DNA of 64,000 bases from positions 1,364,961 to 1,428,960 of the forward strand of contig NW_019091358.1 in the NCBI RefSeq assembly GCF_001949145.1, read 5' to 3'. Position numbers and translations under genes: made by a program. The notes beneath the pieces are model-generated. The model did no database searches. It was not told where the DNA came from and was given only the letters and a program-made list of their open reading frames with translations. Origin of the DNA: Acanthaster planci (taxonomy: Eukaryota). This document shows positions 38,101 to 53,100 of the stretch, in pieces (the stretch's first letter is position 1; each line of letters opens with the position of its first letter).

Positions 38101-41100
38101 CCTGTCTTAAGCTATGTAAAAATTTCTAAAGGCGACAATTCACAAGAATAATGGGCAGTTCACACAGTGTTACTCAGGCAGTAAGGACGGCAAACTGGCC
38201 AACAGTGTCCGTGTATCGAGTGGTAAGCGTGTGTGAGGCATCCAGACCAGTGGGTGAAAAACCTTGTGCCGCGGCAGGAAATTTGTTGAAAGATGCTCGC
38301 TTCGAGTACGAGCAAAACAAACTCGAATTAAACTCATGAACACAGGAAATACACACATAAATAAGAGACCAAGTTCTGTGAAGGAACTTACAGAAAACCT
38401 CTGGCAACATAGATATTTTGAACTGTGGCTTTAGGGTTTCGTGCTTATATGGCCGATTTAGAGTAATCAACCGGAATGCACAGTACATGTATAGACTGGT
38501 TCTGGTTGTTATATTTCTTTGCATGGGTGCGGCGGGAACCAGAGCAGCTTTGTTTAATGCATTGAGCTGTGGGCACGTGTTTTCATCACTGCGACAGCGA
38601 AACGTGAATGAGAACTCGTGAAAATAACAGAAATATCTTTCCAAGAATTGCAAGTACAAAAACATACATAAACAAGCACTTTAATGTGGGAAAAAGCTAT
38701 TGAAAGATATTATGTGAAGACAGAAAAGACATCAGCTTTTCTGGACTTGAATTTCTACTCTTTGCAAGCTCAGACATTGCTCATTGCTGCACATTGTTAA
38801 TAAAGCTCTGAGCATGATATGTAGTCACACCAAGGTTACCAGTTTTGTAAGAAATCTTGCCTGAAAACTTTTCTTTGTAATTCTTTAGTGGTTTTGGCCT
38901 CCTAGACATTGGTTGCAGAAATAGCTGAGAAGGGACGTAACACGTTTTTTTCCCCGCACAGATAAAGCAGGAGAAATCTCACATGAAGACAGGGCTTGCA
39001 TCTCAGGCTTTGGAGCATGTGACCTTAGAGGAGGCAGCTCAGAAGATAGACGACGAGGGGTACACACCCTTGCTTAGGTGTGCGGCCAACAGCTACCCTG
39101 TAAGTCAGAGTCAACTCACCAGTTCGGACTGCTGTTTGCCAGATCTGACGCAGACATGGACAGCCAAGTGGGCAACTGTTGACAATTTGAATTTGCCCCA
39201 GTGTATCTTTTATGACCTGTGGACAGTAGACAAACCTTGGGGTTGAAAACTGGCAGTTTTTTACACTTGCAAATTTCGACCCCATGCCAACCCTCCATCA
39301 ACACCGAGATTGACCTCAACCCAGGTTGAAAAATTTTCATGTTCATTTCAAGCTCGGTTCGCACGAAACAAGTGTGCCGGGTTGAACGCCGGGTTGAACG
39401 CCAGTCATTGTTTCGCCCAGGGTTGATTTCAATTCTGGTTGAAAGGATTAAGTTTGATGAGGTACAGCAATAAATGACCTCTGTTAAACCAGAGAGAACC
39501 CTATGAACCAGACTCAAGTCTGAGTCCAATAGCAAACTCTGCATTTTGTGGACACCTGTTTCAAGCTTCCTTAACACATAAGTTCCTCCTCATTCACAGC
39601 GTAGATATGGGACTCATCCAGCTTTGTGTTTACAATAGCACATTTGAACTCACTCACATTCCTCACACAAATGTCCAGGGTTGGATGGGATTACCACAAT
39701 TGTTTTACTCACTTTTGAGTTCAGCCAGAAGGATGGATATTGTCAAGAAGTAGTGTTGAGATTCAGATCAAGTCTATCTTGAGACATCTGCTGTGCTAGC
39801 AAGAAAAGACTGCAGGCTTTCAAATGTATATCGTAGAATCCTTTGAAGTGAATCCTTTGGATTCTACATGGCCTTAGAAATGTTGACAGAATGGGGAACA
39901 AGAGGGGAGATATCTCGTTAGCTTTTTTATGCCTGCGGGGAACATCTGCTCAGTGGCCTGAATATAAGTTGAAGAATTGCTTGCTGTCAGGCTGTCTTAT
40001 GATTACGGATTTAATGACAGGTTTCTGCAAGTGTGTTTTTCATTATTAGTGTACTGTTGAATGCCATTATGATATGCTTTTTAAAATGATTTATTTGTAG
40101 AGCATGGATGACGAGCAAATAGCAAATGTGCTGAGTATGATGGAGGTAAGAACATCTTAGTTCAGGCTCTTAGGCTTAGATTTGGCCCCAAATTTGGTCA
40201 AGTTTGATGAAACTGTTGGTACATGTATATTAAAGCTGTGGGTGATTCCTGATGATGTAGGTAACTGACCCAAAAGTGGTTGCAGAACAGTTCGGTTAGA
40301 CAAGCCCAAATGCCATCTGGCATCCAGTGATTAAAATTATAGATTTGTGTGATGATGTTTATTTCATTTTGATTTTGCACCAATAAACACAGACACTAAA
40401 CTTAAAGACCAACTCCAACGATGTTGATTTTTCTCATTTTGACTCCTATTTGGAAGAGTCAAGTCTAATAAAAGTGGCACATATCAATATCTCCCTTGCA
40501 TTACACGTTTTTGTGTTAATAAAACAGTTTTGTACCCATTTTTCCTGTGAGTCCAGTCCAATGAGTGTATTGTAAAAATGGACGTTCCGTCACGACTCAT
40601 TAGCATCTAATGAATATTGATTTCTGTGATGTATTAATGTGGAGAGGAAATACCACAGTGCGTGCGCTATATGCATCCATAGCATGCATAGCTGCGGACG
40701 ACAGCACAAACTTGAAGAATACTCTCATTCTTCAGAAATTCTAAGAATTTTGATCCCAATTCATTTGCAGAATTTCTAGTACAGCCACCAATGATGCACT
40801 ACTTCAGCATTATTGTAAATCATGAAGAAAGAGCACAAATGCTTGATGGAAAATAGACAATGCAGCACATTAGACCCGGCACACAGAGCTATCCCTGGTA
40901 CACGATGCACGCACATGTAATGCCATGTACATGTACATGGATACCAGTTTCAATGTTTTCTTTGGTATTACATCATACAAATTTCATTTCTCAACAGTGC
41001 AGCCTGCAGTCCGATTGTAGAAATTTTTCATGAAACTCAAAGTCACCTTTCAAAAGTTTCGGCAGAATGATTTGGTTATGAATATATGATTTATTACACA

Positions 41101-44100
41101 CTAAACACAATAATAGATTATTTTCAAAACTTTTAAAACCATTGGAGTTGGTCTTTAAAATTCACTCTCCTGAAGGAAAGCAAGCAAACAAACAGACCTC
41201 ACCCAGCTTCCACATCAAAACAAGGTTCATTGTTGCACCAAATAGTTGTGGCAATCTCCAGACCTGACACAAGAAGACCAGACGGAAGTCCATTCACAAG
41301 AGCTAGACCAGTCACAAATATTGATAACAGGGTGATTAATGACAAAAGGAATGCTCTTGATGCTCATTTGAATAATTTATTTATTTATAATTTATTATAA
41401 TTTATTTCTTTGATTCAAACTGGCATGGAGACCTTGTATTGGTCTTGTGGGATTTTGTGCTGGTCTTAAGAGGCCTTGGCCGTTTTCCAAAACTCAACTT
41501 CGTCTCCGTCTAAGGCTTCGTCCCCGAAACCAATCCCGGATTGTGGGCCTGAGGCGTTTAAATAAAATTGGATTTCTGTAATTTTTGGCCCTCTTACATC
41601 ATATTTGATATTTTTTGGCACTATTAGACTAATTATTGCGCTTCCAGCTTCAAAGTCAGGTTGTAAAAAACAGCTGAAGCCTAAGACGGCGCCAAAGTTA
41701 AGTATTGGAAAACGACCCGTGACTTCAGTACTGATTACTAGCTGGCCATGGTCATATATACTCAGATATGATCACTCTTTATCATGCTGTAACTCATTGT
41801 ACTGTTGTCCTTGAGTTACACTGTACAGTCTCGCCTGTTCTTTAACCCTTCTCAACCTTCCAAGAATCTTTTTATGCACTTCAACCTCACACAAAGGCTT
41901 TACTTTGCAAACTTATCAAGACCAACAGATGGCAAGAGCCTGATAATCTGTACTTTGTTACACTATTTAGGCTCTTGTTGAGTTTGCCAAGTCCGACATC
42001 AGTGCTGTCGTGGCGGACGCAGATGATGACGAAACTCACAGTCAGTGTTTGTTGAGACTTATTTCATTTTTGGAAACCTTTTTGTAAATTGTAACACCAT
42101 CATCTAAACATTGTAAACTGTAGTCACCTTGTTGCACTTGCCACTGTTAGAAAATTGCAGTCACACTGCTGTCTTAACAGAGTCTTAGAAGTGTAAGTGG
42201 GACCGGGCGCTGGTTATTTAACACAGTTTAAGGGTAAATAGTTGATTTTAGCTCCCTGAGGCATTGGAAGTTGACAAACCAGGTCCCAAGGGTTTTACCA
42301 TACCTCAGACATATTTGATTGCCTTAAATTTCACTAAGTAGCTAAGCCATATATGTGACACCCTCTTGTCACGCGTAGAGTGCATGTTGGATAGCTAGTG
42401 CCATGGGCAGAAATCTCTCCTCGATCGTGGGGGGGGGCATCAATTCACACTCTGGTTGTGCACGCCGTGTTTATTATCTTATTCCATTTATAAAAACTGA
42501 AAAGGGAAAATCCTCCATCCATTAATTCCTTTAGTATGTTGTTTTGCTTCAAACATGGAGGGGACGTGGCCTCCCCCCGGATTTCCGCCCATGGCTTGGG
42601 CAATGCTTACACATGCGTACCATACAGGAACATTAACCCATGCCAGTGAGCAGTTGAGTACTCTAGCATATTTGAGTTGTGCCTGTTTCCTTGTGTTTTG
42701 GTAAACCGTAGAAACAGTGACAGGCATTTGGTGATAAATGAACCAGCGAGAGTTGTACTCTCAATTATGAATATATATACGAGATATGGTAATGCGAATT
42801 TCGTCATTGTTTGAATTATCATCTGTGGCAAGGGTTACACTTGGAGCGTAGTTGTAAAAAGCACTTTATTAAAGACAACCTCCTTTATGTGGCTTTTCAG
42901 GGCTTTGCAGTACACTTCATCTGGTTTGCAGCTCCACGCCTCTCCTGACATTGCTCTTGAAGTGGAAGCCCCAGCTGGAACTGTTCAACAAGGACGGCTT
43001 CACTCCGTTGCATCTGGCAATCAAGAGGGGCCAAAGGGAGAACACAGAACTACTGGTAAAGTGTGCAGAATGCCCTTGCTTTTAACATGCCAACCTTCCC
43101 AAATTCACTCTTGGAAGATAGCCATTGCGACAGGTCCTAGACCCAAAAAGGGCAACTCTAAAAAACTCATTTTGGAAGTTAGTCATTCCCTCGCGTCCAT
43201 GATTAAGACCCAAAGAGGTTTGACAGGTCAAGGGTAATATGAAGCTCATTTCAGGAATAATCCACAGCCTTATCGGGCCTGAGACTCACAGTGACTTGAT
43301 AGCTTGAGACTCAACGTCATTTCATTTGGGGGAATAAGTCAAAGCCTCAAAGTATCTATTGAGCATTTCAAATATCATTTGCAGTGTTAAACATAATTGT
43401 AATCGAGCCTATTATATGTCAAAAGTCCAAGTCGGCAAAGAGTCATATCACAGGTCTATAGTTACAGCTAACTTGAAATCAGATGATTTGTGATGTACTT
43501 ATAACACGTTGACTATCATATTACTGTGGTAAGATAATGTTTATGTCTTGCTCGTTGGGGGGAAATAGTTCTCTCTCCTGTTTTTTTTGTAATTATAGTC
43601 TCTACTTGTGGTCTAGTTTATTTAACTCAGGAGAGTACATTTAGCGTAATACTGTACACCATGCTCTGTCGTATGCTTTATCACTTCTCTGAAATCTTGA
43701 TGATGGTTCACTCTCTGGAGTAGGCTTCATTTTATTGTGAATATATTTAGCATGTGTGGCCACGCTGCGTTCTTTGTGAAGTGTCTGTGAAAGAAGCGTA
43801 TTTGTAGCGCCTTCAATCACGGCTCGATCATAAGTGATAGGGGATGAAATATGACGACGTGGGCCTGTGCCAATGTTCATCAGAATCACTTATGTCCTGA
43901 CCGCATCTGCTCAGTGAGGGAATAAGAGGTGGCATGTCTTTACGTATCACTGAGGGTCCTTTGATGAGAACTTGTCACGTGTGATCAATAGTTTTTGCAT
44001 GTTTGGTGCATGAACCATGCTGAGCACGTACCACCAACATTTGTTGGAATGTTTAATCTCTGAGTGCACACCATATGCCCAGATGATCCCGATTCCCACC

Positions 44101-47100
44101 ACATGGGGTACCATGCTTCAAAGTGGGGCTGATACTAGACCGTTTGTGATCTACTTTTAATTTTTATTCTTGATTGGCATGTGAATTGTCTTGTAATGGC
44201 TTTTAATGCAACTTTGCATACAAGTGTCCTCATTCATTGACTCTGGGGAGATGGCCTAGCGCCCTCAGAGGTTCCTTCTTTGAGCCAGTGAAGCACACAG
44301 ATGAAGCTTTTCTGCATGTTTATTGAAATTCCAGCTGTTTGAATCTTCCCTATGATAAATCCAATTTTTTAATTTTTCCCACAAAACTTCATATTACTTA
44401 ACATAAGTGTCTTAAGAATTCAACAATGACAATTTCACTGTAATTAAACAATTTGAAAGAACAAATCAATTCTCATAAATACTGAAGTCAGTCCTGATTT
44501 TCCCTTCTCATACCTTATCATGAAAGGCTTGTTTAATTTAGTTTGCACTTTACATTGTTCTCAGAGGAAATCCAGTTGAAGGCAATTACATTAACCAACT
44601 GTCGTTAGGCACGCATATCCAACACCAATATCAGTTTGGCGAAATTTCCCATTTTTGGGGCCCTTGGCCGGTTTCATCTCTGAGGGCACTATTCACGAAC
44701 TCTACCCTCATCGTATTTATGGTGCTTGCCCTTTTCCATGTGCTCACCCAGATCAAGGCCGGAGCTGATGTCAATCAGTGCACAAGAGACGCCGACGGAG
44801 AGAAGAACACCCCCCTTCTGCTGGCTGCCAGGTCCGGTTCTGATTATATTCAGCACTTTACAGTCTTGCTGTCGTTTTTCAGATGAATCTTATCTCACGG
44901 CCTGGGAAAGGGGGTGGGGGGATTCCCCCACCCACCCAAAAAACTCATCCGTCCAATGCCCAATCTCTGTGAAACATTGCATGTAATTGTAAAGACGCTC
45001 TTTGAAAGCACATCTGTGAAGTTTCGGTTCAATTCAACATAGTTTTGTTGTTGCAGTAATCTTAGTTTGCCACCTCGTGCGTGTCTGCCCGTTGCATTGA
45101 GCGTGCCACTTGGAAAAGTTCACATTTTCGCTGAACTGTCTCGGAAGAGTTTTTCTTGAGAATGGTATGTGGGATTTCCCTAAAATTGGTGTCAAAATGA
45201 TTGCAGTACATCAGTGGAAAAATTCCCTGAGGCTTGACGCAGAAGAAGGAATGCTTAGTGACCATGTCGGAGGATATGCCACAGGGATTTCTGTCCCCCT
45301 GGTTCTCTTAGGGTTAAAGATCTCTGTTCATAGCAACCTTATGCCATATTGGCCTTCAGTTTCTTTGAATAGAGCTTTTTGCTTTTCAAGCAAAAGTCAG
45401 TCTCACATGATTACAACATTGGTCAACTGTTCCTTATATCAAGCCATAAAGCCGGGTAGAATAGTGCTAAGTGATTCTTTTTGAAACATTTTGATAGACA
45501 TAAGATGCATGATATGCTACCCATCTTGGTTGCCAGCGGTGCCAATATAAACGCTGTTGATGTCCGGACTGAGAAGACGGCCCTTCATTATGTGATGAAT
45601 GAAGGGACAAGTGAGTACAGTTGTGCCGATCTTGTGAGAAACACATTACACATAGTCGTGTTATGATCTAGAAGGGAAGCCTAGAGGACAATGGATGCTC
45701 ACACAGGTCTTGTGAGGTCTAACAGGATGTTGAGTTGCGTAACCCTTTGTTTGAATTTTGCATTCCTTTGGCTATGCTGTTTCACATTTCAGGTGTGACT
45801 GAGATCTTAGCCAATGCCAAAGTCCTCCTGGAGATCGGGGCCGACCCCAATGCCCTTGATGGCAAGGGCAGGACCCCACTTCACTATGCCGTCAACCTGG
45901 ACACGGGAAGTTTTGACGGCTCCCCCAGTATCGCCGAGTTGCTCATCAAATATCGTGCCAACATGTTTGTCCAGGATGTCAGAGGCAGATTGCCCCTGCA
46001 CTATGCATTTGTGAAGATGAAAAAGTGAGTATGCTTATGTGTTCCTAATTGGTGCAGCTCAGAATTCTGACTTCTGAGAAAAACTGACTTACAGCATGCA
46101 GATGTGTGGCTTTGTTTCTCAAGGGGCTTTCTGTTGCTTGCAAGAAGGCGGAAGCAAATCGCCAACTTGAGGGTTGCGTGGAAAACAGTTCTGTTGTCAT
46201 GCTTGTGGTTTTTGTTTGATATGAAAGTTATTGGCTTGATGTGACAGTCAGGCAAAGGTGTGAGGCAAGGCGAGCTCCTTTGTCCTAACTTGTGCAAGGT
46301 GTGATAATGCACACGCTGGCTTTGGGGCCTGTCTGAGGGGTGTGCTGAGTCACTGCTTACACTTTGTGCTATGGAATCAGTGCACTTTATTACATTTAAT
46401 TACATGTATTGACCGGAACCAGCTTTTATACATTGAAAATTGATTTAACTCTGCATTTCCACCCTAACATTTAGGTCTTACTAGTATCAATGGCACTGGT
46501 TTTATAAGTCAAAGACAATCTGTGAATGCATATGCGTACAGGGAGGAAAGCGGGTCAGAACCACTGCATATGTGGTGTATAAGGGAAGAAGTTGACCTAC
46601 AAAGTCAGCTTTTTTGTGGATATGTCCATATGGACCTTCAGCAAGGCAGGTTTCTTTTTCTGACCAGTCAAGCTTTACACGGAATTGTTTATTAGCACTG
46701 ACAAAATTTGTTCCAGCTGTGTGGTTTTCGGATACATGTATGCCTTGTTCACTGAAAATGTATTCCGTGGACAGTTCGGGACCATTTCCACTGTACTCAC
46801 TTGATCAGGTGTGGAGACGTCTCTCATTTGTACACATTCTGTTGAAATTTTTGGAAGAGATTTACTCTTTGCCCTTCCCAGGTAGAGCCACTCTGAGTTT
46901 ATCGTTCAGCCCAGGCCAGTATGGCACTGTGGAAAAATGTTTTATTTGTTAGGAAGTACAGAGCACATTGTGGTGAATTTGGTGTGTCTCCATGATTTGG
47001 GTTCTGGCCACGATAACTATTACATAATGTGTGTAGACCCCATGTCTGTGGAACAAAATTGTGTCCTTTAATTTGGGGGTTTTGCCCTGCCTGACTTGTA

Positions 47101-50100
47101 TTGTAACACTGTACACCCAGTATTTCCCCCGAAAGTTTGTGAAAAAAATCCAAAATATGTATATTGTATACAGTGTTACAATACACGTCGGGCAGGGCAA
47201 GTATCCAAATTAAATTATCATCTCCTTGACGCAAATCCGTCCTCAGAAATAGTTGTTTGTGGTACCTGCTACTACATTTGACTCAAACAAGCCAGCTGAC
47301 ACTGGCAAGCTCGGTGGTGGTCGAGACGTCTGCAGTAGTAAACAGGAAGTTGTGGGTTTGAGTCCCACCCGAGCACACTTGTGGGTATTTTCACAAGCTT
47401 TCGGGAGAAACACTGAGTATACAGTGTTACAATACACGTTGGGCAGGGCAAAAAAATCCACAGTTACATTAACATCTCCCCAACACAAATCCATCCTTAG
47501 ATATTGTAACATTGTGTCTTTTTTGTTATATGAGTGATTCAAATGAACACAGTAATTAGCATTTCCCTGACCTTTTTCCCAACTTTGTCGATTTGAGCAT
47601 GTGCGCTGTTAAAACAGTGGAAGTCCGGAATCCTCCAATTTTATCATAATATTGCACACACTCTGGGGAGTGTAAGGGTAAAGAACTCCACTTGGGATCA
47701 TGCGTTCTGTTGTCACTATCATCTCTTAAATGGTCACAGGCACCGAGACAAGACTCAGACAGACCCTATCGAGATTGTGACGGTGCTCCTGGGTGCCATG
47801 AAGGGAAAGCAGGTGGACACCCAGGACAAGTTTGGGCAGACTCCCCTTCACTGGGCAGCCTACAGGGGGTCGACCATCTCAGCCAAACACCTTGTGGAAG
47901 TGAGTTACCCTTGCCAGTTAAATGTTTGTCTGGGTTCCTGGGTGCTTCGACTGCTGAAAAGTTGACCTCTGTCGGATGAGGCCTTGGTCCTTCTCGTTAA
48001 GTTGAGGACTGTGAATATGCAACTGTCCACTTTGGGAGAGGACATCCGAGGGTATTCTTTCATTCCAAGACTATCACAGCTTAAAATTTATCACCTAGTT
48101 GGCCAAATTTTCTGCCAAGCCAGATCAATGCAAATTTGACGGCAAAGCACATTTCTGGGGGGGGGCAGATGTTTCAATAAAACTACTTTGTCCCTTTGAG
48201 AAGAAACTTGTACAGTTTTAAAGTTGTTCTGGTGACAGGCAAAGGTTTATTCTGAACCAAAAGAAACTGTTGACTGGCTTTGCCCTTTTTCTTCTTCAGA
48301 AAAGCAAGAAGTTGGACATTAAAGACAATCACAGTAACACGCCCCTAGCTATGGCTGTACTGGGAGGCAATGACAGGTAAGTGATGAACAGGGCACTCAC
48401 ATTCACCTACATGACCCAACGTATGTCCACCATTGTCATTGGCAAGACTGCCGGACTATTTAGGCTGTTGATGAGCCTACAGAGTTTTTATGAGTTGCAA
48501 GAGGTATGAGAAAAATATGACTGTCACTACAAAATGAGCTGAAAGTCAGAATTTTCAAAACTTGAGATCTTGGTATCTTTGAATTCAGCAGAAAGAGCTT
48601 TCCAATGTCATGTACATGGAACACTTAGGGCAGAAGTATAAGGTGACAATGTGGCATTATTCTGGCAACTTTTCGTCGGTGTTTCCGACATTGTTCCAAC
48701 ATTTCTGACCAGGCACGAATAATGCTATCATCAAAATTGCTGAGAAAACATTTTATCCCTAACATCCTAAGGTGTATGTAAAATCGTATTGCAATTGGAG
48801 GATTTGGGACTGTTAGGGTTAACCATATGATCCTGCACTATGTTTGGAATTACATAAGAAACAGGTTGCTCTTTCTAAATATTAAAAACCCGAAAATTTA
48901 CCGCCACTTCAATATGATGTTGAACCCTAGAAATAGGAAGGGAGTGGGGTGCGACATTACTCCCATTTTGTCACAACAGGTCACAAATGACAATGGTACG
49001 TGGCATAGATGGTGACCATCATGCAAGTTGATAGAAATCAGTTATTTAAATGAATATAAGCCTATAGTTACAATGTGCGATGTGCGAGGCCCAATTTACA
49101 CACTGTTACTTGACAGTTAGCATGAAAGCTATGCCTACTGTATCAGAAAATAACACAGCAATGTAAGCACTACATGTGTATTAACAGTTACCCGTGCATG
49201 AAGATTTCTATAGTAATGTCATAAAATTGGGCCAGGTTGCATATCTAACACTTGCCTACTGCAGTGGGCGCCAGTCTTGGGGAAACTGTGTGGTCACATG
49301 GTACTGTGACATCTTTGATCATCGGCCCCTGTAAGAAACAATTATCCTTGTGTTTTTCACCAAGCCTACCGACACCATTTGAAGTTTTAAATCACTTTCC
49401 CCGTTTATTTTGGGATGGTCCAAAATGGTCCTTGTCTTTTGCATTGTTGGATTGTGATATGTTGATGTTTTTGTTATTTCTTTTCCTGTTGATGGCACTT
49501 TTGCCTCATTGTCTGCCACTTTTCTGCAAACCCCTTCAGCCTCATCCTGATAATTTTTTACAAAAATTGATTGAAAAGTAGTTTTTAGGCTTGTCAGCCG
49601 CACACGTTATAGTTGCCAAAGAATTCAAATAACGTTTTCTACATCATATTGCCAAAAGAAGGTTTATTTAACCCCCTGAGTGTATGTGATGCACAGAATT
49701 CAAGGCTGAGAATGTTTGACAGTTAGGTTTTCCTCATACATGAAGTCTTGCTTGCTTCAAAGACCAAGATTCAGCAGCCCAAATAAAAAGACTCAATTTT
49801 CATTTTTTCCCCGGGTTTATTCCAACACAACTTTTCAACAGCAGTATGTTTACAGCAGTACCGAGCAGCAGTTCTCTTCAGTGAGGTTGTGAGGTTCTGT
49901 AAAGAACCTTACTCAGAAAGTTACAAAAGAGAAATGTCACAGGTTGCTACTGCAAACTTCCTCCTGTTGTTTTAATTAACTTCGCCTTGCAAATCTTCAA
50001 ACAAATTTTTCAGTCCATTTGTGGTCTTTCCATCCCAGTGTGGCTATCATTCTGATTGAGGCCGGAGCGAACATCAACCTCACTGTCACCTTTGTCCCGC

Positions 50101-53100
50101 CGTCGCTGGAAGACCCGGCCAAGGGTCAGAGGGAGAGCAGGAAGCTGTGGGTATGGAAGCCCCTGGTCAAGCCCCGGCCTGTTCCCATTAAGGCCCCATT
50201 TGTCCAGGCCGTGGTGGCGGAGGGCTGGCAGAACGTCATCTTCCTGGTCATGGCACGGCTGGAGAAATTCCAGCTCTCTTACATCTGTGTCATGCAGGTT
50301 GGTGTCAGCAGCTTGCTGTGTAAAGTCGGTAGTGTTGCAATTGTAGGTAGTGTAGGAAACAGGTTCTCTGATGAAACAAAAAAAAGGTATTTCCAAGTAA
50401 ATAAAGGAATCGAAGAAATTGAAAAAATATCTCATTTAACTTGCCAATTATGCCTTACCCAAAACACATCAACAACCTCTAGATGTCCGAATGAAATCAG
50501 GCTGCATTCTACAATGTACATTGATGCAGCCTAACTTTAATTTAAACAGTCAAGCACAGCTTCCTTTAAAAACGTTCTTTTGCATTGTCTGAAAGTTGCA
50601 ACATATATTGTAAGTTGTCCAATAATTTGGAACCAGTGACTGATGTCTGTCGTCAGGTACTTGACATTGGTGTTGCATGGGAGGAGGGAGTAACCAGGCA
50701 GGTTGACCCCATGGGAAAAAAGTGGGAAAAAAGAAAGGAAATGAACGCAAAGAAAAAGAGTGCCAAAAATGAACAGAGGGAGGAAATGGGATAAAAATCA
50801 CAAGTTTGCTTAAAAAACCTTGACAGTGACCCCGTCCACTGTAAATGGTGTATTATTTTGTTGCTGGTGAGTGTTGGTCCCTTTCTCCACCCCTAAAAAT
50901 CTTACCCCTAACATGAAAGAACTCCTGGTGACATTCGTGGTACATGAATCTGGGTTTCCGATACACCCCAATGCAAAGCCAAACGAAAAGGGAAAAAGAA
51001 ACAGGTAGAATGTTCCCAATTGATTTGGGGATTGCAACTTTTGTTTTGGTTACCTTAACCAGGCCATTTTTGAGTCTCAGAAACTTCAGCTTGCCAGCAC
51101 CATGCTCCTGAAGCAGCCTGATGATAAGAAGGTCCAGGCCACCAATAGCAGGGGCCGTAACTTCCTGCATCTGCTCTCCATACATGCCGACTCCAGTGAT
51201 TCGCTTGATCTCTATGAGCAGGTACGTTATGCACTGGTCTGATTGATGCTGCTGGGAACTGCAGAATGGAATTCGAGAAAAGCCGTGGTGTTTTTTATTA
51301 AGGCCCTCCAATCGTGAAAATCAGTTTTTGATACCTGGTCAGTTTTGTAAAATTTCATTTGGATATTTTCAGTAGAAGGTGTAAAATTTGTGCTACGCTC
51401 ATTTTTGGCGCAGGCAACTGTAATAACATTATGGCGTGGTGTTTCCCTGGACCTAACCTCACTTCAAGAGTCGAGTCTGAAACCGGTTGGGGTCACGACT
51501 CTAGCCTAAACTCGGGTTCCTCCTTGGTCCAGAGATCACTCAGAGCAACCGAAAGGCTAAGGGAGCAGATCCATTATGGTGGAAATATACTGCCGATTAT
51601 GATGACTGTGATGCTCTCTGCCAATTAGACAATACACAACAACAAGGACACCTGACAATTTAGATCGCTGGTAACCTCAATAACAAAGTGATTTATTCAG
51701 ACATTCAACGAATAATTAATTGATCAAATGATAAATTTTATTGGGTAAGCTTTATTACAACCTCTGTTGCTTTGCATGGTCTTGAAGAGAGACCAATACA
51801 CAGCTAATACCGCACTGGGTCACGCCAGTCAGCAACGTACTGACTGATGTCGCCTCACGCAACTCCTATATACAGTGTGCAAACTACTACTGCATCACAT
51901 GAATGCTATCGCCAATGCACGTCCAGTGTTGCCCAACATGAAACCAATAGCCAACGCTGGACCCAAGTCGTACTGCACAACTCAATATGGCACTGCTTAA
52001 ACAACATTGCATTGAATATCCCAGTGTCACTGTAGTGATACGGCCCACATGCACCAAGCGCCACGCCACCGTGGGCCCAGCCCAAATTTACTACAATGTA
52101 CTCGCAAGTGAACGGCTAGACCGTACAACCTGTGTACCGTACCTGCCACATGGAGACAGTCGGGGCGCGCCTAGCATATAGCAGCATCACATTGCCCTAT
52201 AGCAACACATGCCACAGCGAGAGCACTAAGAACTCACGTCTTTACAGCTTTGCTGCAACTAACAAGAACCCAGAGCAAGCTCCGCCCGCTTATGTGCTCG
52301 CACATTGCATAGATCACGCGCAAACCAAGGAGCTTACTACATACACTGAGGGCCATGCTCCGCCCAGCCTGTGTATTTCACAGGACATGTCCACACAAAC
52401 TTAAGAAAGTTCGTACACTCTCCGCTACAAAATAAACTGAGGTTTATCAACGTGTGCTTTAATTCATACATTTTCATCTTCATTTCTCACTTTTCTTTGG
52501 ATGTTTCATAATTATAAAAGAATGATTTGTTTTGTTGTATTTGGTAACCTTTACTGTTTTGCTGTTAACGTAAAGGAGGCTTATATAAATTCACATTAAC
52601 CCTCCTTTTGTTGTAAACGTCACGATCAGTCAAAAAATCCTTCCACTTAATTTCTCCCAGTACACAGACACATATGGGAAATTTGACAGGTTTTGACTGA
52701 TAGGACAACTGGTTCAAAATTGTGTCTGCAGAGGAGGGTTAATGATCAATGTACAATATATTGGCTTTCACAAGCATTTCGCGTATGTCCTGACTGTGCT
52801 GAATGTGTTTGAGGATGTGTAGAAAAAACCCATCCATCCCCATCCCAGAAGGATGGGCTACCTTTCCCCAGTCACATTTCAGAACGCTTGTCACTTTCAG
52901 AGCTTGAAAATGCTGTAGGACATCACTTGACGGCACATATGAGTCAACTTTTAGCTGTTTTGTGGCATCACGCACACACACAAAATTAGCAATTTTTGTG
53001 ATGGTAACTCTTTGGAGTATTTTAAACATTCCCGACACAATTAATTTTACCTTCAGATTGCCATCCCCTTGCTAGAAAGAGGCGTAAAGCTTTTTGCCAG

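Noticed and set aside
51419..52429. Possible solo LTR (TGT...ACA, about 1 kb, distinct composition)
   Set aside because: There is no target-site duplication and no second copy or internal domain in the window. It is probably a repeat but cannot be classified here.
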